Both the position numbers and the translations under genes were made by a program. Below, in pieces: positions 35,219 to 40,539 of a stretch of DNA of 40,539 nucleotides. The DNA lies in IMG/VR virus record IMGVR_UViG_3300016667_000290, positions 1-40,539 of that record; one strand, written 5' to 3'. A model generated the notes under the pieces. It made no database searches, was not told the origin of the DNA, and worked only from the letters and a program-made list of their open reading frames with translations. Within the stretch, counting starts at the first letter, position 1. Each line of letters starts with the position of its first letter. This DNA comes from a virus (taxonomy: Duplodnaviria > Caudoviricetes).

Positions 35219-35641
35219 TCAGTCAGCCTTGGGGCCGACGCCGATGGTCACGTCCAAATCGCGCTCGAACTCTTCCACCATGTCGATCAGAGCCTTCTTG
35301 CTCTTGGTGACTTCAAGCTGCTTGCCGAACTTGTTGGCGGCGTAGGCCACGATTTCGGCCTTGGACATGCGCTCGATCGGCTTCTTGAAAGCCTCGGGGT
35401 CGATCACCACCGTGTCACCGTCCTCGTCCACCTGCTTGATGTCTTCGGGGGTGTCCACGCGGGCGGCGTCAGCCTCATCGGCCAGAACCCACTGGTCGGC
35501 GAACTTGAGCAGCATCTTGGCCTGGGACTCGGTGACTTCTTGGACATCGCCATGGCCGTTCCACGTCACGCCAGAGCGGGCGATGTTGTCGTAGGCGGTG
35601 GGCTTCTTGCCGATGTATTTGACGGGCACGAGTTGCGTCAT
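35219..35641 (-). CDS. Hypothetical virion-associated protein (140 aa)
   Basis: SD AAGGAG; small helical C-terminal domain MSKAEIVAYA...KKALI. Confidence 0.7.
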   Translation of the reverse strand: MTQLVPVKYIGKKPTAYDNIARSGVTWNGHGDVQEVTESQAKMLLKFADQWVLADEADAARVDTPEDIKQVDEDGDTVVIDPEAFKKPIERMSKAEIVAYAANKFGKQLEVTKSKKALIDMVEEFERDLDVTIGVGPKAD

Positions 35642-35662
35642 TGGTATCTCCTTGCGTTACAC

Positions 35663-35694
35663 AAAAAAACAGGGCGACACTTGGCCGCCCTGTT
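35663..35694 (-). terminator. Rho-independent terminator after the capsid/cement genes
   Basis: AACAGGGCG-loop-CGCCCTGTT followed by a T-run on the minus strand. Confidence 0.8.
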
Positions 35695-35722
35695 CTCACT
35701 CTCTCACCAGAGTCTCAGGCAA

Positions 35723-36130
35723 TTACTTGCCCTTGAACTCGTAGGTCAGCACCGTGTCCAGATCGCCGGTAGCAGCGCCGCCAGCGATGGTGGCGATGAT
35801 GTAGGCGTCATAGGCCAGGGTGACCGGCTTCACGAACTTGTTGTTCGTGGAAGCGGCGGTAGCCACGTCAAGGTCGTTGTAGAAGGCGTTGGCAGAGCCA
35901 CCGGCTTCACCGTTGACGTACTCGTAACCCAGGTCGAGGATGGTGCCGGTGCCCAGGTCAGCGGCTACCACAGCGGCGCTGAAAATCTTGGTGCCAGCGT
36001 ACAACTTGTTCAGCCGCACTTTGTCACCGATCTGGGCAGAGGCCAGCGTCACGTAACCGTGAGCGTTGGCCAGGGGGCAATCACCGCTGTACTGGGTGTC
36101 TTGCAGGGAGGGGGCGTTAATCGTTGCCAT
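35723..36130 (-). CDS. Minor capsid / cement protein (135 aa)
   Basis: Beta-rich small protein immediately after the major capsid gene and inside the same terminated unit. Confidence 0.6.
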   Translation of the reverse strand: MATINAPSLQDTQYSGDCPLANAHGYVTLASAQIGDKVRLNKLYAGTKIFSAAVVAADLGTGTILDLGYEYVNGEAGGSANAFYNDLDVATAASTNNKFVKPVTLAYDAYIIATIAGGAATGDLDTVLTYEFKGK

Positions 36131-36168
36131 TTCAAATCTCCGAAAACAGGTTTGCGATCAGGTCGTCA

Positions 36169-36190
36169 AACAGGGGCCGAAGCCCCTGTT
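36169..36190 (-). terminator. UUCG hairpin after the major capsid gene (weak terminator or mRNA stabiliser)
   Basis: AACAGGGGC-TTCG-GCCCCTGTT(T) on the minus strand. Confidence 0.6.
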
Positions 36191-36191
36191 A

Positions 36192-37460
36192 TCAGGAACC
36201 CAGCAGCGTGCGGCCGGCGGCAGAAGCCGGATCGGGTGCGTAGCTGTCCAGCACGGCCACACCGAAGTCGGTGTCGGCGCCGTCGATCTTGAAGCGAATC
36301 TTGGACGAGCCAGTCATCGCAGCAGCGACGGTTTCGATGCTGTTGCCGTGGTCAACTTCCTTCTCCGACCAGTCGTAGAAGTAGTCGGAAGCCGACTTGC
36401 CGTATGCCTTGGCCAGGGCCTGGGCGCCGACGATGATGGCGCGATCCACCGGTTGCGCGGTTTGCACCGTGCTCTCGGTGTAGGTCACGCCGTCGCTGCC
36501 GCCGGTGTCCTTGACCACGCTGTCGCCAGCCGCGAAACGGATGGCGTAACGGTTCATGCGCTTGATCAGCACGCCGTTCCACATGATCGTCTCGTAGGCA
36601 TCGAACAGGGGGTGCTTGACGCCCGAGGACTTGCGCTCGAAGGCGTACTGCACAGCCTGCCGCCAAGTGGTCTGGCCGGTGCGAGCTTGCAGGTACAGCC
36701 ACTGGCGCTCGGTCACGAACATGACCCACAGCGGATCGTTCCAGGCGCGGTCGTCACCCTTGATCTTGACGGACTGCATCACGACCGGCGACTCGCGCAG
36801 TTGCGCGACGATGCGGTCGATGTCTTGCAGGGTCAGGGCATCGTTGGTGCCGATGTCGTCCGGGCCGGTGGCGTCGTTGGCGGCGAAGTAGCGGTTCTTG
36901 GTCGGAGCCTTGACGGTGTTCACCATGATTTCGGCGAAGTCCGGATCCGATTGCAGAGGCACCACCCAGTCGGTGGTGTTCTGTGCGCCACGGGCACCAG
37001 CCAGATGCACCAGAGCGGTCTGGTCTTCCAGGCGCTGCATCCAAGCCTGCAAACCAGCCATGCTGATGTTGCGCAGGTTGTGCACGGTGCGCTTCTGGGT
37101 CATGCGACCGCCCGAGTCAGCGCCACCGCGGACTTGGTTGATCTGCACGTCCATGCTGGAGTAGGTCAACTGCATCATGCGGCCTTCGATGCGCTTGTCG
37201 CCCATCACCGGCTTGCCTTGCAGGATGTTGAACAGGTCGATACTGACGGTATCGCCTGCGCCCTTGGCCAGATCGCCGGCTTTGACGATCGGGTAGTCAG
37301 GGCTGGTCTGGCCCTTGGTCTTGGCAGCGAAAGAGCCTTCTTTGGGCATCTCGCCGGAGAGCAGGTTCATGAAACCGGGGGTGTGTTGCACACGGGTGAA
37401 CAGACCCACCGAGTAGATTTTCCGCGCAAGAGCGGAACCGACTGGGATATTGGTAGCCAT
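36192..37460 (-). CDS. Major capsid protein, N4-gp56 / DUF4043 family
   Basis: DLAKGAGDTVSIDL...PVMGD..IEG, HLAGARG, HPLF...MWNGVLI, RAIIVGAQALA.AYG, E..DHGN and DFGV..LD motifs. Confidence 0.88.
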   Translation of the reverse strand: MATNIPVGSALARKIYSVGLFTRVQHTPGFMNLLSGEMPKEGSFAAKTKGQTSPDYPIVKAGDLAKGAGDTVSIDLFNILQGKPVMGDKRIEGRMMQLTYSSMDVQINQVRGGADSGGRMTQKRTVHNLRNISMAGLQAWMQRLEDQTALVHLAGARGAQNTTDWVVPLQSDPDFAEIMVNTVKAPTKNRYFAANDATGPDDIGTNDALTLQDIDRIVAQLRESPVVMQSVKIKGDDRAWNDPLWVMFVTERQWLYLQARTGQTTWRQAVQYAFERKSSGVKHPLFDAYETIMWNGVLIKRMNRYAIRFAAGDSVVKDTGGSDGVTYTESTVQTAQPVDRAIIVGAQALAKAYGKSASDYFYDWSEKEVDHGNSIETVAAAMTGSSKIRFKIDGADTDFGVAVLDSYAPDPASAAGRTLLGS

Positions 37461-37468
37461 TTATAGCC

Positions 37469-38479
37469 TCACAAAGATTGGAAGTACGCATCCATTTGAT
37501 CCGGCGTCATCCGACCAAGGTGCTCGGCGAGTTGCATGGGTGTCATGTTCTCAGCCGCCTCACGCTCGTCTTGAGCCGCAGGATCGCCAACCGGGAACTC
37601 GGAAAGAGAGGTCGGCACTGCCGACTTGTTCGCCTTCGTGGCCGCTGCTGCTTTCGCTGCTGCTGCCTTCTTCAAGTCCTCGGCACTCAGTTGTGTCGTT
37701 TTGGCCCCCGGAACTTCAATCTCACCCAGTACCGCCTCGACCATCTGGGTCACCTTCTCGAACCGCTCCGACATGGGCTTGTTGGCCCAGGCCGCTTGCG
37801 TGCGCAAGGTGGCGTCGAACTGCTTTGCAAGCTCGAACGCATCTTTGTTGGTCGCCTGAATGTGTGCCAGCTTCGGGACTGAATCAATCGCGTCCTGCAC
37901 CTGTTCGGCAGCAGAGCGTGCTTGGTCTTCCCGCGCTTCGCGCACAGTCTCCTCGACGGGCTGCAACTTGGCTTCGAGCGCCTTGGCCGCAGCCATGGAC
38001 GCCATCACCGCCTTGTAGACAGTCGGGAAGTCTTCTTTCAGAGCTTCCAAGTCCTCAGATGAGAGGTCGTTTGCAACTGATGTCGGATTCTCGGTGCGGG
38101 CGCTCTCACCAGTATTCGCCCCTTGACTTGCCGCCGCTTTCACCATGGCTTCAAGTTCGCTCACCCGGTTGCGCATTTCCTCTGCCACTTGTTCGGCTCG
38201 GGATGCACGCTCGCGCTCGCTCTTGAGCACCGCATACGGGATCACTCGTTTCCCGTCTTTGGTGGCCACGCCTTCCGGCTCGGCACTGTCCAGACCATCT
38301 TGCTGCTGGGTCTTCAACTCCGGTTCGACTTTGGCTGGGGCGCTAGGCTCCGGATCCTTGTTCTCGGGCGGCGGGGGTTCTTTGTTCTGCACCGGGTCTT
38401 CACCCGATTCAATCGCTTCAAACGCCTTCGCCAGGGATTCTGGGTCGGTAGCCAAATTGTCCAAGTCAAAATCTGCCAT
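37469..38479 (-). CDS. Capsid scaffolding protein
   Basis: Acidic and coiled-coil; KDGKRVIPYAVL motif; directly upstream of the major capsid gene. Confidence 0.75.
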   Translation of the reverse strand: MADFDLDNLATDPESLAKAFEAIESGEDPVQNKEPPPPENKDPEPSAPAKVEPELKTQQQDGLDSAEPEGVATKDGKRVIPYAVLKSERERASRAEQVAEEMRNRVSELEAMVKAAASQGANTGESARTENPTSVANDLSSEDLEALKEDFPTVYKAVMASMAAAKALEAKLQPVEETVREAREDQARSAAEQVQDAIDSVPKLAHIQATNKDAFELAKQFDATLRTQAAWANKPMSERFEKVTQMVEAVLGEIEVPGAKTTQLSAEDLKKAAAAKAAAATKANKSAVPTSLSEFPVGDPAAQDEREAAENMTPMQLAEHLGRMTPDQMDAYFQSL

Positions 38480-38571
38480 TCACTTCACTCCACGTATCGC
38501 GTTGGTTGCGGAAATCCATCCAGGCATGGCCAATAACCCATGGCGGGGAATGCAGCCCTTCAGGTGGGCCG

Positions 38572-38597
38572 AGTATCGCGCTGCCGATGCTATTTGA
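38572..38597 (-). promoter_or_regulatory. Putative late promoter for scaffold-capsid
   Basis: TCAAATAGCA-N10-GATACT just downstream of a terminator. Confidence 0.65.
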
Positions 38598-38619
38598 CGT
38601 TTTCACTCTTATGACGGGC

Positions 38620-38645
38620 AAAAAAAAGACCCGCCGAAGCGGGTC
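38620..38645 (-). terminator. Rho-independent terminator
   Basis: GACCCGC-TTCG-GCGGGTC followed by T8 on the minus strand. Confidence 0.9.
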
Positions 38646-38666
38646 AACCTCGTCGTGGCAAAGCAA

Positions 38667-39050
38667 TCAGGCGAGTCGTTTGAGCTTGTAGAGGGTATGG
38701 AAATACTCGAGCTCAACTTCGTCAATAAGGTTCTGGATCGGTGTCTCGTCTTGAGGCACAGCCTCGTAGCGCGTCTTGCGGATCCACTTCTGCTGGCTGC
38801 GCAGCGCGTCCATGATCGGCACCTTGGCGTCGTGCGCCACCAGGGGGACTTCGAGGATGCAGTCAAAGCAGCCCTGGTAGGACTCCACAAAGCGGTCAGC
38901 CAGATCGCCGATCGCCGAATAGAAGTCGCCCAGGGCTTGGTGCTTGGCCAGACTGCCCGGGCCGCTTACCTTGAGGTGCTCGCGGTGCGCGATTTCGCGG
39001 GCCAGCAGCAGCGTGCCCGCCAGCAGACCGGCAGCCTTGTGGTCGGCCAC
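38667..39050 (-). CDS. Ferritin/Dps-like four-helix protein (DUF5856-like, 127 aa)
   Basis: AHREHL...AKHQALGDFY...LADRFVESYQG...IQNLIDE...TLYKLKRL; GTG start after GGAG. Confidence 0.7.
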   Translation of the reverse strand: MADHKAAGLLAGTLLLAREIAHREHLKVSGPGSLAKHQALGDFYSAIGDLADRFVESYQGCFDCILEVPLVAHDAKVPIMDALRSQQKWIRKTRYEAVPQDETPIQNLIDEVELEYFHTLYKLKRLA

Positions 39051-39051
39051 G

Positions 39052-39324
39052 TCAATACTCCGCGACGATGCCGGTGGCGCTCGTGCCGGTGCTCCACACG
39101 CGCTTGACGCGCAGCGGGTGGCGGCCGGCAGCGATGGCGGCGTAGGACACAACCGAGCCGTCGAGCATGGTGACCTTGAGCGTACCGGCGGTGCCGACGT
39201 ACAGCGCGAGCGTCATCTCCGGCAGGTCGGTGGAGTCATTCGGCGTGACTGCCGCAGCCCCGGTGATGGGGCTCGCCAGTACCAGCGCCTTGCCGGTGTG
39301 CCGAGACTTGATGTTGGTGGACAT
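39052..39324 (-). CDS. Head spike base protein (RcGTA Rcc01079-like)
   Basis: SP...AAAVTPNDSTDL....ALYVGTAGTLKV...HPLRVKRVWSTGTSATGIVA pattern. Confidence 0.75.
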   Translation of the reverse strand: MSTNIKSRHTGKALVLASPITGAAAVTPNDSTDLPEMTLALYVGTAGTLKVTMLDGSVVSYAAIAAGRHPLRVKRVWSTGTSATGIVAEY

Positions 39325-39351
39325 TGAAAATGCTCCTTACAGGACGGTTCA

Positions 39352-39377
39352 AGTGTTGCAGATTCGGCGCTATTTGA
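39352..39377 (-). promoter_or_regulatory. Putative late promoter
   Basis: TCAAATAGCG-N10-AACACT in an intergenic gap. Confidence 0.6.
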
Positions 39378-39381
39378 GTTC

Positions 39382-39924
39382 TCACGGCCAGTCAGCGGCC
39401 GCCAGGAGCATGAGAATGCGCTTGCGCTCTTCGTTGACTTCCTCTTGAACTTTGGCAGCGTACTGCTCGAAATCGAAGTGCCAGCCGGTGCCAGGATCTG
39501 GCATCTCGCGCAGCATGGGCCGGAACAATGGCACCTCGATGATCCGGCTCTCGGTCATCACCTTGAAGGTGCGCGAGAGCTTGATTTCCTGGCGCTCGAC
39601 CTCCGGCAGGTGCGCCGGCACCGGTTGGCGTGCCGCGTCCTCCAGAAGCTCGATCAGGTTGGGCGTGAACGGGTCGTAGGCCTTGCCCGCGATCACCACC
39701 GCCTCCAGGCGCTCGGCCACCCGGTCTGGCGCGTAGGCCTGGGCATCCGAGTTGCGGCTGGTGCGCTCCAGATAGTGCTTGCGCCCGCCCCCGCCCAGGC
39801 CGTCGCCTTGCTTGACCTCGTACTGCGTCAGCGGCAACTCGACGGGCGCAAAGCCCTGCACGGCGATCACGCTGGGCGAGAAGCCGATGCCCTGGACGGC
39901 GAGAGCGCGTGCGGAGAGCGTCAC
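39382..39924 (-). CDS. Hypothetical protein (180 aa)
   Basis: GTGA coupling with the upstream gene; N-terminal AVQG(I/F) repeat. Confidence 0.65.
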   Translation of the reverse strand: MTLSARALAVQGIGFSPSVIAVQGFAPVELPLTQYEVKQGDGLGGGGRKHYLERTSRNSDAQAYAPDRVAERLEAVVIAGKAYDPFTPNLIELLEDAARQPVPAHLPEVERQEIKLSRTFKVMTESRIIEVPLFRPMLREMPDPGTGWHFDFEQYAAKVQEEVNEERKRILMLLAAADWP

Positions 39925-40538
39925 GTCTGCCGGGTCACGGTGGTGACACCGCCCGCCTCGCTGATGGTCTGCACGATGGCGCCGGCGCGGCGCTGGCTGT
40001 CGGTCACCTCAAGGTCAACGGTCAGGCCGTGCAGCGCGGCCAATTCCTCGACCATGGTGCCCACCTGGGCGCCCGCGGCGCTCGGCGCGGCGTCGGTAGC
40101 CACGGTGACCGTGCCCCCTGCCTCGCTGACCGTCTGCTGCATGGCGCCGTTGCGGCGCGAGGTGGGCCCAACTTCCAGCACGCCCGCCAGCCCGTGCAGC
40201 AGGTAGATTTGATAGAGCAGCGCGGCCTGCGTCTGGGTTAGCGCGTACTCGCCGCCCAGGTTCTCGGAGACATCCAAGAACAGGTTGCGCGTGACCGTCT
40301 CGGCGGTGTCGGTGGTCAGCGCCAGCGACTCTGCAAGCTGGCCAACCAGCAGGGTTGCAGCGTCCGACGCATCGGCAGCCGTCGCCGACTCCAAGGCGTC
40401 GGCGAAGCGGTCAATCGTGCTTGCACCGGACTCCAGCAGCGCGAGCGTTTCCTGCGCGGCGGCCTGCACCTGGGCGGTGGAGGTCGGAAGATCAACGGCC
40501 GCCAGGGCCTCTGTCGCGCTGGCGACATAGGCAAGCAG
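39921..40538 (-). CDS. Partial virion/fibre-like protein (5' end lies outside the window)
   Basis: Frame is open to the window edge; duplicated C-terminal motif LHGL...LEV....RR.GA..QT.SEAGG. Confidence 0.65.
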   Translation of the reverse strand: MLAYVASATEALAAVDLPTSTAQVQAAAQETLALLESGASTIDRFADALESATAADASDAATLLVGQLAESLALTTDTAETVTRNLFLDVSENLGGEYALTQTQAALLYQIYLLHGLAGVLEVGPTSRRNGAMQQTVSEAGGTVTVATDAAPSAAGAQVGTMVEELAALHGLTVDLEVTDSQRRAGAIVQTISEAGGVTTVTRQT

Positions 40539-40539
40539 C

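Noticed and set aside
35613-35622. TCAAATA match on the minus strand as a sixth promoter
   Set aside because: It lies inside a gene start (codons GTC AAA TAC) and lacks the downstream nAYAMT hexamer at the conserved spacing.
36066-37466. 466-aa + strand ORF over the capsid gene
   Set aside because: Antisense shadow of the major capsid gene.
1-40539. tRNA, rRNA, integrase, terminase, portal or lysis genes
   Set aside because: None recognised by eye; they probably lie outside the window, though a tRNA scan was not possible.

Overview
A 40.5 kb, high-GC segment of a tailed dsDNA phage, probably podovirus-type and probably infecting a betaproteobacterium (host inferred from GC and gene families). 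It has two convergent arms. The + strand (1-~7.1 kb) carries an early recombination/replication/anti-defence module: Sak4-like ATPase, DUF669 SSB, adjacent Tad2-like and Acb4-like immune-signal sponges, Cas4-like nuclease, MazG-like protein, SF2 helicase and a truncated excisionase-like HTH. The - strand (40.5 kb down to 7.1 kb) carries the virion module: RcGTA-like head spike base, ferritin/Dps-like protein, scaffold, N4-gp56-type major capsid, adaptors, fibres, gp38-like adhesin, nozzle, J-like tip, ejection proteins and a 4306-aa DarB-like polyvalent protein. Portal, terminase, integrase and lysis genes were not recognised in the window. The most unusual signals are: (1) four small +1-frame ORFs nested in the disordered linkers of the giant gene, with phage-typical codon usage and, for two of them, clear Shine-Dalgarno sites; (2) a five-copy bipartite late-promoter motif, TCAAATA-N13-nAYAMT; (3) a translationally coupled tandem of nucleotide-signal sponges; (4) two structured intergenic RNA candidates in the early arm. 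All family assignments come from motifs recognised by eye, not from database searches.
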